DNA of 64,000 nt from an uncultured bacterium (GCA_949285325.1 CASDYZ010000007.1:17215-81214); one strand, 5' to 3'. Shown: positions 49,050-60,032, counted from the first letter of the stretch. A program made the numbers and translations. The notes: a model not told the origin generated them from the sequence alone.

Positions 49050-49281
49050 GCTTTTTTTCTTCAAAACTCGGTATTTCTCTATTATTTTTCTCTAAAATGT
49101 ATGCAATATACGTTTTTTCTTTACCGTTTATTCTTATAATAATTTCATCTAAGTTTTTAACTATGGTAGAAGGCTTCGTCACCTTTTCATTAATAAAAAC
49201 TTTACCTTCTTCTATAAGCTGTTTGGCTATAGTTCTTCTTTTAATAATCATCGTCTTTTTTAAAAATAAATCTAATCGCAT
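49042..49281 (-). CDS. S4-domain RNA-binding protein (YabO/Hsp15-like)
   Basis: 79 aa; MRLDLFLKKTMIIKRRTIAKQLIEEGKVFINEKV S4 motif. Confidence 0.7.
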   Translation of the reverse strand: MRLDLFLKKTMIIKRRTIAKQLIEEGKVFINEKVTKPSTIVKNLDEIIIRINGKEKTYIAYILEKNNREIPSFEEKKHE

Positions 49282-52200
49282 ATTTCTTCCTTATCTATAT
49301 TATAAATATTTGCTAAACTTTTTAATATTGCTAATATATCGTCAGTCCATGTTTTTCTTTTATTTACCCTTATCGTAAAACGATTATTAACATAAGATAA
49401 TTTAATAAATCCTAAATAAGGCACCATCGATTCAAATAATAAATTTCCAATATTTTTTATCGATAGATAATCATGAGATAATTCCCCTTCAATATATTTA
49501 GGATATTCGATAAATTTTTCTATGTGCGCACTATCGATATTTAAGTCAATTTTTTTCTTTATAAATAGAAGGTGAACAGGCTCAGGAATTTTACCATATA
49601 TATCCTCTATTCTTTGACTTACATTTTCTAATTGTTTTTCGTTTTCACAAGATAAAATTTCTTGGTAAAGTTCTATCTTATCTGAACCTGATGCATATGT
49701 GTCAGGAATATAAGCGTCAATAGATAAATTTGCGTTCGGCTTTATTTCTTCTTCTTTCGTATCGTGGGTTAATTTAGACTGCACCGATTCATTGAGTAAT
49801 TTCAAATACATATCAAGTCCGATTGAATCGATAAATCCTGCTTGTTCTGGTCCTAAAATATCGCCCGCTCCTCGTATGAGTAAATCTCTTTGTGCAATTC
49901 TATATCCTGAACCAAATTCAGTAAATTCTTGAAGGGTTTTTAATCTCTTTTTCGCATTGTCATTTAATTCTTTAAATTCGTTGTAAGTCAAATAAGCATA
50001 CGCGATTCTATCGCTTCTTCCTACTCTTCCTTTTATTTGATATAACTGTGATAGTCCATATTTGTCGGCGTTTTCCACTATTATCATGTTTGCATTAGGT
50101 ATATCGATGCCGTTTTCAATAATAGATGTACATATCAAAATATCTATTTCTCCAGCGTAAAATTTATTCATAACGTCTTCTAGTTCTGTTTTATCCATTT
50201 TCCCATGTCCAACCCCAATTGATGCGTTTGGCACTAATTTTGCTACTCGCGAAACAGCTTGATAAATGCTTTCTATCTCGTTATGAAGATAAAATACTTG
50301 TCCACCTCTACCTAATTCTCTTTCAATAAGTTCTTTAATAACTGCCTTGTTATATGGAAGAACAAATGTTTGAATTGGTAATCTTTCAGAAGGAGGAGTA
50401 TTAATTGTGGATAAAGATCTAACGCCTATTAAAGAAATTTGTAAAGTTCTAGGAATAGGAGTCGCTGACAAAGTTAAAACATCGATATTGTTTTTTATTT
50501 CTTTTAGAAGTTCTTTTTGTTCTACACCAAATCTTTGCTCTTCATCAATTATTAATAAACCTAGGCGTGGAAAATGAATTTTTTTAGATAATATTTTGTG
50601 TGTTCCTATTATCAAATCAATTTTGCCATTATTTATGTCGTCTATATAAGTTTGTAATTGTTTAGGGGCAACGAGCCGCGAAAGATGGGCAAGTCTAACT
50701 CCATATGGTTTAAAACGAGGTAAAGCCCTTTCAAAATGCTGTCTTGCTAAAAGAGTAGTGGGGCATAGTATTGCAACTTGTTTACCACTTAAAATTGCTT
50801 TAAACGCCGCGCGAAAAGCTAGTTCTGTCTTACCAAAACCAACGTCTCCACACAATAATCTATCCATAGGAGATTCGCTTTCCATGTCGTTTTTTATTTC
50901 AATTAATGCTTTTTGTTGGTCAGGAGTTAATTCATATTCAAAATCATTTTCAAATTGAGTTTGAAATTCACTATCTTTTTCAAAGGCAAAACCTTTTATT
51001 TTTGACCTTTCAACATAAAGATTGACAAGTCTTTGGGCTAGATCATTAATTTTTTCTTTAATCTTTTGTTTTTGTTTTTCCCAATCGTTAGAATGAAGTT
51101 TACTAAGTCTAGGCCTATATCCTTCTTTCCCCATATATTTTCTAACAAGTTGAAATTGTGAAAGTGGAACATAATATACTTCATTATTTTTAAATAGAAG
51201 TTTTAAAAAGTCTTTTTGTTGATTTTCAACAGTCAAAGCAACTAGACTATCAAACTGCGCGATACCTTGATATTCATGCACGACATAATCACCAGGATTT
51301 AAATCTTCAAATGATTTTAATATAGTCCCTTCTTTAAATTTAGAAGTGTATCTTGAACCAGTATTTTTAGTATTAAAAAGTTCTTTTGGGGACAAATAAA
51401 TTATCTTTTCGTCTCTTAAAATAAACCCGTAAGGTAAAAGTACAACTTTTATACCAACTTGCTTGGAAGTGAAATCGAAATCAAAAACTTGTTCGTAGGT
51501 TATATTTTTAGAGGTTAATATTTCTTCAATAATCTTTAGTTCACTCGCCGAAGAAACACAAAGATAAATCTTATATTCATCATTTATTAAACTTGCGATA
51601 ATGTCAGGAATATCGCTCATTTTTCTCGCCCCGATATTGACATTATTAATATTAAAAACTACATCGTTTTTATCCTGTATAAACTCGGAAGTTTTCCACA
51701 CATTTTTACTTTTTAAATAAGGCCTTATATCATTAAACATTTCAAGTCCAATAGGCAGTCTTCCTTTACTTGATTGTTCGTATAAATATTCAAACGATTC
51801 GTTAATTAAAATATCCATGTTTTGTTCTAATGAATCGATACTAGAAAAGACAATTTCAAAGTCCTTACAATAATTTAATAATGTCGTCTTGTGAGTTTGA
51901 AAAAATGAATAGTATTTATAAGATGCGATAGTGTAGTTGTGGTTGATAATATCATCTATATCATTATCGACATTAATTAACAATTTCTCATATATTTCAG
52001 GTATGTGATTTTCTTTAAAATCATTTAAATTTGAACGAATTTTATCTAAAAACCAACTCTTTTCATTGTTTTCAAATATAAAATCATTGCCAGGTAATAT
52101 TGATATTTCTTCTACATTTTTAATTGATCTTTGGGTGGCTATATCAAAATATCTAATCGATTCGATCTCGTCATCAAAAAATTCAATACGCACTGGATTA

Positions 52201-52748
52201 TCAAAATTGACAGAGAAAATATCGATGATATCTCCTCTTATAGCAAACTGCATCGACTGGTCAATTTTATTTACTATAGAATAACCATTTTCAACTAATA
52301 TTTTTTTAATTTTACTGAAGTTATATCTTTGACCAATTTTAAATTTTATACAGTGCGATTTAAATAACTGTTCTTCTGGTAGAAATCTACTCGCTCCACT
52401 TAAGTTAGCAATGACTATATCGACATTGTTATTAACTATCTCATTTAATACAAAAATTCTATTGGCAATAAAATCTTTGTTGCTAGCAATTATATCAGCG
52501 TGGATAAGCTCATCATTTAAAAATAAATGTATCTTTTTCTGTGGTAGTAAAGCGCATAAAAAACTATAAATCTTTTGTGCCTTATATAGGTTAGAAACTA
52601 CAATTAAAATTGGCTTATTTTGACTGTTAGATAAATAAGCACAAAAAGGGGGTAAACCCACCATTTCATCAACGACAAAACGCCCAATTTTATTTGGGCG
52701 AGGGGATGTATTTAATTTTTTTTCAATCAAGGAAAATAAATTATCCAA
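49272..52748 (-). CDS. mfd: transcription-repair coupling factor
   Basis: UvrB-like N-domains, RecG-like SF2 helicase motifs (GDVGFGKTE, DEEQRFGV), C-terminal TRCF domain. Track start 52805 is TTG with no SD; an in-frame TTG at 52748 is preceded by AAGAAGGAGG (5-nt spacer) and gives a B. subtilis-like N-terminal length; start is inferred. Confidence 0.85.
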   Translation of the reverse strand: MDNLFSLIEKKLNTSPRPNKIGRFVVDEMVGLPPFCAYLSNSQNKPILIVVSNLYKAQKIYSFLCALLPQKKIHLFLNDELIHADIIASNKDFIANRIFVLNEIVNNNVDIVIANLSGASRFLPEEQLFKSHCIKFKIGQRYNFSKIKKILVENGYSIVNKIDQSMQFAIRGDIIDIFSVNFDNPVRIEFFDDEIESIRYFDIATQRSIKNVEEISILPGNDFIFENNEKSWFLDKIRSNLNDFKENHIPEIYEKLLINVDNDIDDIINHNYTIASYKYYSFFQTHKTTLLNYCKDFEIVFSSIDSLEQNMDILINESFEYLYEQSSKGRLPIGLEMFNDIRPYLKSKNVWKTSEFIQDKNDVVFNINNVNIGARKMSDIPDIIASLINDEYKIYLCVSSASELKIIEEILTSKNITYEQVFDFDFTSKQVGIKVVLLPYGFILRDEKIIYLSPKELFNTKNTGSRYTSKFKEGTILKSFEDLNPGDYVVHEYQGIAQFDSLVALTVENQQKDFLKLLFKNNEVYYVPLSQFQLVRKYMGKEGYRPRLSKLHSNDWEKQKQKIKEKINDLAQRLVNLYVERSKIKGFAFEKDSEFQTQFENDFEYELTPDQQKALIEIKNDMESESPMDRLLCGDVGFGKTELAFRAAFKAILSGKQVAILCPTTLLARQHFERALPRFKPYGVRLAHLSRLVAPKQLQTYIDDINNGKIDLIIGTHKILSKKIHFPRLGLLIIDEEQRFGVEQKELLKEIKNNIDVLTLSATPIPRTLQISLIGVRSLSTINTPPSERLPIQTFVLPYNKAVIKELIERELGRGGQVFYLHNEIESIYQAVSRVAKLVPNASIGVGHGKMDKTELEDVMNKFYAGEIDILICTSIIENGIDIPNANMIIVENADKYGLSQLYQIKGRVGRSDRIAYAYLTYNEFKELNDNAKKRLKTLQEFTEFGSGYRIAQRDLLIRGAGDILGPEQAGFIDSIGLDMYLKLLNESVQSKLTHDTKEEEIKPNANLSIDAYIPDTYASGSDKIELYQEILSCENEKQLENVSQRIEDIYGKIPEPVHLLFIKKKIDLNIDSAHIEKFIEYPKYIEGELSHDYLSIKNIGNLLFESMVPYLGFIKLSYVNNRFTIRVNKRKTWTDDILAILKSLANIYNIDKEEICD

Positions 52749-52776
52749 AATATCCTCCTTCTTAATATTGTAATAT

Positions 52777-53334
52777 TTAATTATATTTAGACATAGTCTT
52801 TTCAAAAGACCCTATTTTTAAAATATCGAGAAGTGCGTTTGTCGCATTTTTAATCGCTTCTTCTAATAGTGGCCATTCATCCTTAGTAGGCACGCTAAGC
52901 ACATAATCTTTACCGTCATTATAAACAGGTTCTCCAATTCCAATTCTGATGCGTTTGATATCTTCTGTCTTTAAATTATCAATGATGTTTTGCATACCTT
53001 TATGTGCGCCAGAAGAACCTTTTAATCTCAACCGTATTTGCCCAACTGGAAGCGCCATATCATCATACACAACGACTACATCTTCTATTTTTATTTTAAA
53101 ATAATTTACTACTTCTCTAACTGCTTCACCGCTTAAATTCATAAAAGTAGTGGGTTTAAAAATCATGACATCTTGGTCAAATATATTTCCTCTACCAAGA
53201 TAGCCTCTAAAAACTTCTCTATCGACATCAATCTTGGATATGTCGGCAAGATTATCTACCACCATAAATCCAAGATTGTGTCTTGTTTTTTCATATTTTT
53301 TACCAGGATTGCCTAGTCCAACAATTAATTTCAT
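52777..53334 (-). CDS. pth: peptidyl-tRNA hydrolase
   Basis: MKLIVGLGNPG N-terminus, 185 aa. Confidence 0.9.
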   Translation of the reverse strand: MKLIVGLGNPGKKYEKTRHNLGFMVVDNLADISKIDVDREVFRGYLGRGNIFDQDVMIFKPTTFMNLSGEAVREVVNYFKIKIEDVVVVYDDMALPVGQIRLRLKGSSGAHKGMQNIIDNLKTEDIKRIRIGIGEPVYNDGKDYVLSVPTKDEWPLLEEAIKNATNALLDILKIGSFEKTMSKYN

Positions 53335-53337
53335 AAA

Positions 53338-55308
53338 TTATTCGAGTTCAAACGCTCCTGTGTAAAGTTGATAATATGTTCCTTTTTGTGCAATTAAAGA
53401 ATCGTGGTCGCCTCTTTCGATAATGCGTCCGTGATCTAGCACCATAATCGCGTCAGAATCTTGAACAGTAGATAAACGGTGTGCGATGACAAATACTGTT
53501 CTACCTTTCATCAATTTATCCATACCACTTTGAACTAATTGTTCAGTTCTCGTGTCGATTGAGCTCGTCGCTTCATCAAGAATCATGACAGGCGCATCCG
53601 CACATGCTGCTCTAGCAATACTTAGCAATTGTCTTTGTCCTTGAGAAAGATTAGCCCCATCCGCGGTTAACATAGTGTTAAATCCTTGTGGAAGACGCGT
53701 AATAAAGTCGTATGCATTTGCGATTTTTGCTGCTTCATATACTTCCTCATCAGTCGCATCTAGTCGACCATATCGGATGTTTTCCATGACGGTACCGGTG
53801 AATAAATTAGTGTCTTGTAAAACGATGCCTAAAGAACGTCTTAAGTCACCTTTTTTAATCTTGTTTATATTTATACCATCATATCTAATCTTACCATCTT
53901 GAATGTCGTAGAAACGATTAATCAAATTAGTAATAGTGGTCTTGCCCGCGCCAGTCGCACCGACAAGAGCGATCTTTTGTCCTGGATGAGCATAAATATA
54001 TACATCATGTAAGACCATCTTATCTTCTGTATAACCAAAATCAACGTGGTCTAAAAGAATATCACCCTTAAGTTCAGTATAAGTAATAGTCCCGTCGTGA
54101 TGAGGGTGTTTCCAAGCCCATAAATGTGTCCTTTCATTAGTTTCACTTAAAGAACCATCTTCATTTCTTTTCGCGTGAACTAAGGTGACATATCCATCAT
54201 CTTTTTCAGGCTCTTGATCTAATAAATCTAGTACACGTTTAGTGCCCGCTAAAGCCATCGCTGCCATGGAGAATTGTTGTGAGATTTGACCAACATTGTA
54301 GGAGAATTGTCTCGTCATCATTAAAAATGATATCAATATTGCGGATGTAAAGGTTGGCCAAACATAACTTGCAGTTCCAACACCAGGAGTGAATAGACAA
54401 ATTAAACCAAAATTAGGAACTTTGAAATACCATAAAAGCGCACCAACACCAGCGACAAGAACATACATAACATTACCAATATTACCAAGTATTGGCATCA
54501 TAATATTACCGAAAATGTTTGCTTTGGTGGAGTTTTTGCAGAGTTCTGTGTTTCTAACATCGAAATCTTCTTTCGCTTTTTCTTCGTGAGTAAAGACTTT
54601 AACAACTTTTAAACCATTCATCATCTCTTCAATGAAACCTTCAGTTTTAGAGACAGATTGTTGTTGTTTGAAGAAGTAAGTTGCGCTTTTTCCAGAAAGT
54701 TTTTTGGTAACTAAAATCATCGCAGTCGCGCCTAACGCCACAACGAGAACTAGATATAAAGAAGTGTAAATCATGTAGCAAGTTGCGAAAAGGAGGGTTA
54801 AACCTGTCGCGAGGAATTGCACTAATGATTGTGATAAAAATTGATATAAGGCATCGACGTCGTTTGTGTAATATGACATGATCTCACCGTGTGAATTTTG
54901 ATCAAAAAATTTAATTGGAAGAGATTCCATCCTGTTGAACATATCCGTTCTTATTTGATGCATTACTTTTTGTGAAGTAACCGCGAGCAGTTGCGTATAA
55001 ATAACTGCGGCAAGTGTTCCTAATAAATACACTCCAATCATCAGCCCAATTATTAACCATAACGCACCCATGTAAGGTGTCAGCCCTTGAGGATCATCGA
55101 TCGCGGGCTCAATGACAAAAGTCAATAGTTGTTGGATGAACATTGAACTTGAAGCGTGTGCTAATGAATAGAAGAAAACCATGACTGCGATGATAATTAC
55201 TTCTTTTTTATAGTTTTTAAAAACCATAGAAAGAAGTCTTTTCATCGTGCCGTCTCTTGTTAATTCTTTGACGGAGAAAGACGCTCCTCGTCTACGTGGT
55301 TGTGGCAT
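53338..55308 (-). CDS. ABC exporter, fused permease-ATPase (multidrug type, YheH/LmrD-like)
   Basis: 6-TM domain plus NBD (GATGAGKTT, LSQGQRQLL, ILDEATS); ATG 55308 with GGAGG SD. Confidence 0.8.
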   Translation of the reverse strand: MPQPRRRGASFSVKELTRDGTMKRLLSMVFKNYKKEVIIIAVMVFFYSLAHASSSMFIQQLLTFVIEPAIDDPQGLTPYMGALWLIIGLMIGVYLLGTLAAVIYTQLLAVTSQKVMHQIRTDMFNRMESLPIKFFDQNSHGEIMSYYTNDVDALYQFLSQSLVQFLATGLTLLFATCYMIYTSLYLVLVVALGATAMILVTKKLSGKSATYFFKQQQSVSKTEGFIEEMMNGLKVVKVFTHEEKAKEDFDVRNTELCKNSTKANIFGNIMMPILGNIGNVMYVLVAGVGALLWYFKVPNFGLICLFTPGVGTASYVWPTFTSAILISFLMMTRQFSYNVGQISQQFSMAAMALAGTKRVLDLLDQEPEKDDGYVTLVHAKRNEDGSLSETNERTHLWAWKHPHHDGTITYTELKGDILLDHVDFGYTEDKMVLHDVYIYAHPGQKIALVGATGAGKTTITNLINRFYDIQDGKIRYDGININKIKKGDLRRSLGIVLQDTNLFTGTVMENIRYGRLDATDEEVYEAAKIANAYDFITRLPQGFNTMLTADGANLSQGQRQLLSIARAACADAPVMILDEATSSIDTRTEQLVQSGMDKLMKGRTVFVIAHRLSTVQDSDAIMVLDHGRIIERGDHDSLIAQKGTYYQLYTGAFELE

Positions 55309-55310
55309 AA

Positions 55311-57101
55311 TTATTTACCTCCTCCCATTCTATTTTGAATTGAGTATATCTCACGATAAATCTCGTTAGTTTTAAGAAGTTCTTCACTTTTACCCATGCC
55401 GTTAATCTTACCGCCATCCATGACGATAATTAAATCAGCATCTTCTACTGATGAAGCACGTTGAGTAATGATAATCTTAGTAACTGATGGAATGTATTCT
55501 TTAAAAGATTTACGAATAAGTGCATCAGTTTTTGTATCAACAGCGGAAGTGGAGTCGTCTAGTATTAATATTTTTGGATTTTTAAGAAGTGCTCGTGCGA
55601 TACAAAGTCTTTGTTTTTGTCCACCAGACACGTTTGTGCCACCTTGTTCAATATAAGTATTATATTTATCAGGGAAAGACTGTATAAAACTGTCGGCTTG
55701 TGCAAGTTTTGCGGCTTCTATACATTCTTCTTCACTCGCATCTTCTTTACCCCATCTGAGGTTTTCTAATATTGTTCCTGAGAATAAAACATTCTTTTGT
55801 AAAACGACTGCAACATTGTTTCTTAAAGTGTCTAGGTCATAATTTTTAACATTGACCCCACCAACTTTAACTTCACCTTCTGTCGTGTCATATAATCGAC
55901 AAATCAAATTAACTAATGTTGTTTTAGATGAGCCAGTTGAACCAATAATACCAACTGTCATACCAGACCTAATATGTAAATTAATATCGCTCAATGCGTA
56001 TTTTTCAGCTTTTTCTGAATATTTGAAACTGACGTCATCAAAATCTATTGAACCTTCTTTAATTTCATATATTGGATTTTCTGGGTTGTGGAGTGTTGAT
56101 TCTTCATTTAACACTTCACAAATTCTTTTCGCACTCGCCGCACTCATAACTATCATAACCATGATCATCGATAGCATCATTACTGAGGAAAGAATTTGAA
56201 TACCATAAGTAATTAATGACGATAAATTACCAGTTTTAAGTGGACCATAAGTTAAATCACCTTTACTGTACGCGACTATTGCAAACGCACCAAATATACC
56301 AATAAGAATATAAGCGACATACATGGTAAGTTGCATAGAAGGGTTAGTGAGGGATACTAGTCTATCAGCTTTAGTAAATCTATTTTTTAAATCATTTGAA
56401 GAAGCAGAAATTTTTGCTTTTTCAAAATCTTCTCTAACATAGGTTTTAACGACTCTAATGCCTTTGACATTTTCTTGAACAGAAGCGTTAACATTATCAT
56501 AACGTTTGAAAACATCAGAGAATAATTTGAACGCTTTAACCGTGATAAAAATCAAAATAGCCCCTAAAACTGGGATTAAACAGACGAAAATCCAACTTAA
56601 TTTGTGGTTTATAGAAAAAGACATAACAAACGCAAATATCATCATAAGTGGCACTCTAAAGGCTATACGAATTAGCATTTGGAATGCTTGTTGAACGTTA
56701 TTTGTATCAGTTGTCATACGAGTGACAAGTGACGAGGTTGAAAATTTATCAATATTTGCAAATGAGAAACTTTGAATTTTAGCAAATAAATCGTGACGAA
56801 GATTTTTTGCAAAACCAGTTGAGGCAATCGCAGCAATTTTTCCTCCTAAAAAACCAAATATCAACGAAGCGACAGCAAGTGCGAGAAGTATACCAGCGTA
56901 TTTAAATATTTCTAATAGTTCTTCTTGCCCACCGATAACTATGGTCGCATCACCTGTTGGAGTTAAAACATTGATTAATTCTCCAATAACAAAAGGAATA
57001 ATACATTCACACGCTACTTCACCTATCATGAAAAAAGGATTTGCTATTGCATAACCTTTATATTCACGTATTGATTTAGCTATTGTTCTAACTACTCCCA
57101 T
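55311..57101 (-). CDS. ABC exporter, fused permease-ATPase (YheI/LmrC-like heterodimer partner)
   Basis: 6-TM domain plus NBD (GSTGSSKTT, VSGGQKQRL, ILDDSTS); SD aaaggagg. Confidence 0.8.
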   Translation of the reverse strand: MGVVRTIAKSIREYKGYAIANPFFMIGEVACECIIPFVIGELINVLTPTGDATIVIGGQEELLEIFKYAGILLALAVASLIFGFLGGKIAAIASTGFAKNLRHDLFAKIQSFSFANIDKFSTSSLVTRMTTDTNNVQQAFQMLIRIAFRVPLMMIFAFVMSFSINHKLSWIFVCLIPVLGAILIFITVKAFKLFSDVFKRYDNVNASVQENVKGIRVVKTYVREDFEKAKISASSNDLKNRFTKADRLVSLTNPSMQLTMYVAYILIGIFGAFAIVAYSKGDLTYGPLKTGNLSSLITYGIQILSSVMMLSMIMVMIVMSAASAKRICEVLNEESTLHNPENPIYEIKEGSIDFDDVSFKYSEKAEKYALSDINLHIRSGMTVGIIGSTGSSKTTLVNLICRLYDTTEGEVKVGGVNVKNYDLDTLRNNVAVVLQKNVLFSGTILENLRWGKEDASEEECIEAAKLAQADSFIQSFPDKYNTYIEQGGTNVSGGQKQRLCIARALLKNPKILILDDSTSAVDTKTDALIRKSFKEYIPSVTKIIITQRASSVEDADLIIVMDGGKINGMGKSEELLKTNEIYREIYSIQNRMGGGK

Positions 57102-57122
57102 ACATTTCCTCCTTTTTAATCA

Positions 57123-57572
57123 TTAACGTTTTTCTTTGATATTACTAATCGCTCTTTTGATAAATTCAATGAATTTATACTTTTCTTCGTTGGTAAAACC
57201 TTTAGTAATTTCTTCATTCACTTGTGCAATTTCTGTTTGAATGTCGTTTGCGATTTCAATTGCTTTTTTAGTAGGAATGATTCTCTTTTTTCTCTTGTCA
57301 CCATAAATTTCAGCTCTTTCGATATATTCTTTCAATTCGAGATTAGAAAGAATCTTACTTAGTGTTCCCTTCGTGACGCTGAATCGATTAGCTAAATCAT
57401 TTTGATAGACGATATCATTGATGTGATCTACCAAATAAATGAGAATAAAAGCATTCATCCCTAATTGTTCTTTTAGATTTGTTAAGATAGGTAAATTTTC
57501 TACTCTCCTAGAGAATATAGAATTTAGTCTTTTGATTTGAAATCCAACAATGTCTTCTTTTGAAAAAGTCAT
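57123..57572 (-). CDS. MarR-family transcriptional regulator
   Basis: 149 aa winged-helix (VTKGTLSKILSNLELKEYIERAEIYGDKRKKRI). Confidence 0.75.
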   Translation of the reverse strand: MTFSKEDIVGFQIKRLNSIFSRRVENLPILTNLKEQLGMNAFILIYLVDHINDIVYQNDLANRFSVTKGTLSKILSNLELKEYIERAEIYGDKRKKRIIPTKKAIEIANDIQTEIAQVNEEITKGFTNEEKYKFIEFIKRAISNIKEKR

Positions 57573-57581
57573 AAGCTTAAA

Positions 57582-57599
57582 TAGTTTGAAATCAAACTA
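57582..57599. promoter_or_regulatory. candidate MarR operator (8-bp inverted repeat, 2-bp spacer)
   Basis: TAGTTTGA-aa-TCAAACTA perfect palindrome 10 nt upstream of the MarR start codon. Confidence 0.35.
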
Positions 57600-57749
57600 A
57601 TACTATTATAAAGACGAAATATATATAGTCAATACATAAAAATAAATTTTTATATGCTACAAAAAACATTATCTAAAACATATTTTTAACCTCTATTTAC
57701 TTTTAAAATAGAAAGAAAAAAGGCATAATAATATCTACCTATAAACATT

Positions 57750-58391
57750 ATGAATTGGGAACTTGAATTTCTTTATAATCTTACAAAAAACGGAGTAGGA
57801 AATGACTCATTGTCGTGGTTATCTTGGTTTTTTGCTATCATAACTCATTTAGTGGAAGGTGGGCTCATTTGGATAGTTATCGCCATTATATTTGTATGTT
57901 TTAAAAAGACGAGAAGGTGTGGCGTTACTTTAGGTGTAGGCCTAGTTGTCTTCGCCCTTTTATTTAACAATGTTTTAATTAAATACATAGTGGCAAGAAT
58001 TAGGCCTTTATATATAACTGACATAGAACTTAGATCTAATTACATTTTAAATGTGCTAGAAACTACTCCTTATTTTTTTAACATAGGACAAGGTCCGCTT
58101 GGATTATTTGAAATACCGAAAGAAACAAGTTATTCATTTATGTCAGGTCATTCTTTCACTTCATTTTTATGTTCTACCATCATATTATTTTATTTTAAAA
58201 GAACCGCGATAATCGCGTTTATATTTGCTCTTCTCGTCGCTTTTTCAAGACTTTATTTTGGTGTACATTTCCCAACCGATGTCATATGCGGGATAATATT
58301 TGGAATTATATTAGGTGTAATAACTTTAATTCTCACCAATCCGGTTTTAGATGTTATCTATTTAAAAATCAGCAAGAAAAAAACTAATTAA
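57750..58391 (+). CDS. PAP2-family phosphatase (undecaprenyl-diphosphatase/PgpB-like)
   Basis: PAP2 motifs KxxxxxxRP (ARIRPLY), SGHS, SRxxxxxHxxxD (SRLYFGVHFPTDV); 213 aa, membrane. Confidence 0.7.
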   Translation: MNWELEFLYNLTKNGVGNDSLSWLSWFFAIITHLVEGGLIWIVIAIIFVCFKKTRRCGVTLGVGLVVFALLFNNVLIKYIVARIRPLYITDIELRSNYILNVLETTPYFFNIGQGPLGLFEIPKETSYSFMSGHSFTSFLCSTIILFYFKRTAIIAFIFALLVAFSRLYFGVHFPTDVICGIIFGIILGVITLILTNPVLDVIYLKISKKKTN

Positions 58392-58426
58392 AAATGACTT
58401 ATTTTTATTAAAATATATGCAATTCT

Positions 58427-59977
58427 TTAATATTTTTTATCGAATTTTTTTAAATCGCGATATACACCTTTAAATTGTGGATACATTTTTAAATATACTT
58501 TTTTGTATAAATATTCATATTGCTCATGTTGTTTATCTCTAGGTTTAAATACTTTTGTTATATGAACCATTTCTTGCTTTGCTTGTTTATAATCTTTAAA
58601 TTCATTTGTCGCTAAAAATACAGCGATTGCCGCCCCTAGAGTAGTGACCTCAAATGTTTGAATTTTATATACAGGTAAGCCAAAAATATCCGCGGTTATT
58701 TGGCATATTGCGGTGCTTTGACTGCCTCCACCAGATATCATTATACAATCGACTTTATGATGTTGTTTTTTCTCTATGCCTTCTAAACCTTCTCTTAAAG
58801 CATAAGCAATACCTTCAATAATTGCTCTATATAAATGTTCTCTTGTGTGAATATCGCTAAAACCGACGATTGAGCCTTTCACTAACGGTCTTTTTAATCC
58901 TGCGCCCCAATATGGTTGAAGAACCAACCCATCACAGCCCGGAGGTATTTCTTCTAATTTTCTATTTAATACCTCTTCAACCGCCATCTTTTCTATTTTT
59001 GCTTCATTTATTTCAGTGCTTGCAAATTCTTTGCTAAACCATCCAAGCATCCAATATCCTCGATATATTTGTACTTCCATGTTGTACCATCCAGGAATTG
59101 CTGAGCCATATGCTGGTAAAAAAGTTTCAGGTTCATAATATTTTTTGTTAGATACTTCAACAGTACTTGCGGTCCCATATGATATCGCTGCAATACTCCT
59201 AGAAAGTGCACCTAAACCAATAGTTTCACATCCCTTGTCTGTACCAGAAGCATAAAAAACAATGTTTTTGGGTAACCCAGTCATTAAAGCAACTTCTTCT
59301 TTAATCGTGCCAAGTACTTCTCCTGGATCAACAAGTTCACAAAGCATATCTTTTTTAACACCAAAAATGCATCCTTTTAATTCATTGCCTTTATACCATT
59401 TTTTCTTTCGATAATTAATTGGATAATGTCCTGTCATACTCGCTGATGAATCAACTAATTTACCGACAAAAAGATAAGTTAAATAAGTAGAAATATTGAC
59501 ATATTTTTTCGTCTTTTTCCAATTTTCTATTTCGTTTTCTTTATACCAATGGGCCATCGTTCTTTTTCTATTTAAATCAACTGTCTCTTTCATCCCGACA
59601 AGCCAAAATAAAAAGCGATATAACCAAGGTATTTTTTCTTTTGCTTCAGCGTTTCTTTGGTCTAACCACAAAATACAGTCTCTAACTGGTTTATTATTTT
59701 CATCTAACAAAACCGCACTATCTCTAAAAGTCGTAATAGTGGCGCCGACTATATTTGGTAGTAAATCTTTGTACTCGCTAGTCAACTTTTTAAGCGCGTC
59801 GATGGCGCATTCGAAATAATAATCAGGATTTTGTTCTGCATAGCCTTTTTTACTTGAATAATAAACGGGGTTATATGCATGTTTAATTATCGCGACGATA
59901 TTTCCTTTTTTATCAACTAGTGACGCCCTTACAGATTGAGTGCCAAAATCAAGTGTTAAAGCTAGTGAATTATCCAT
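58427..59977 (-). CDS. FGGY-family carbohydrate kinase
   Basis: 516 aa; N-terminal LTLDFGTQSVRASLVD (ASKHA phosphate-1 motif) and C-terminal GGGS region; SD agagga. Confidence 0.75.
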   Translation of the reverse strand: MDNSLALTLDFGTQSVRASLVDKKGNIVAIIKHAYNPVYYSSKKGYAEQNPDYYFECAIDALKKLTSEYKDLLPNIVGATITTFRDSAVLLDENNKPVRDCILWLDQRNAEAKEKIPWLYRFLFWLVGMKETVDLNRKRTMAHWYKENEIENWKKTKKYVNISTYLTYLFVGKLVDSSASMTGHYPINYRKKKWYKGNELKGCIFGVKKDMLCELVDPGEVLGTIKEEVALMTGLPKNIVFYASGTDKGCETIGLGALSRSIAAISYGTASTVEVSNKKYYEPETFLPAYGSAIPGWYNMEVQIYRGYWMLGWFSKEFASTEINEAKIEKMAVEEVLNRKLEEIPPGCDGLVLQPYWGAGLKRPLVKGSIVGFSDIHTREHLYRAIIEGIAYALREGLEGIEKKQHHKVDCIMISGGGSQSTAICQITADIFGLPVYKIQTFEVTTLGAAIAVFLATNEFKDYKQAKQEMVHITKVFKPRDKQHEQYEYLYKKVYLKMYPQFKGVYRDLKKFDKKY

Positions 59978-60032
59978 TTTTTTATGTTCCTCTTTAATAA
60001 AAATAATTCACTTTTATTTAATGTTCAACAAT

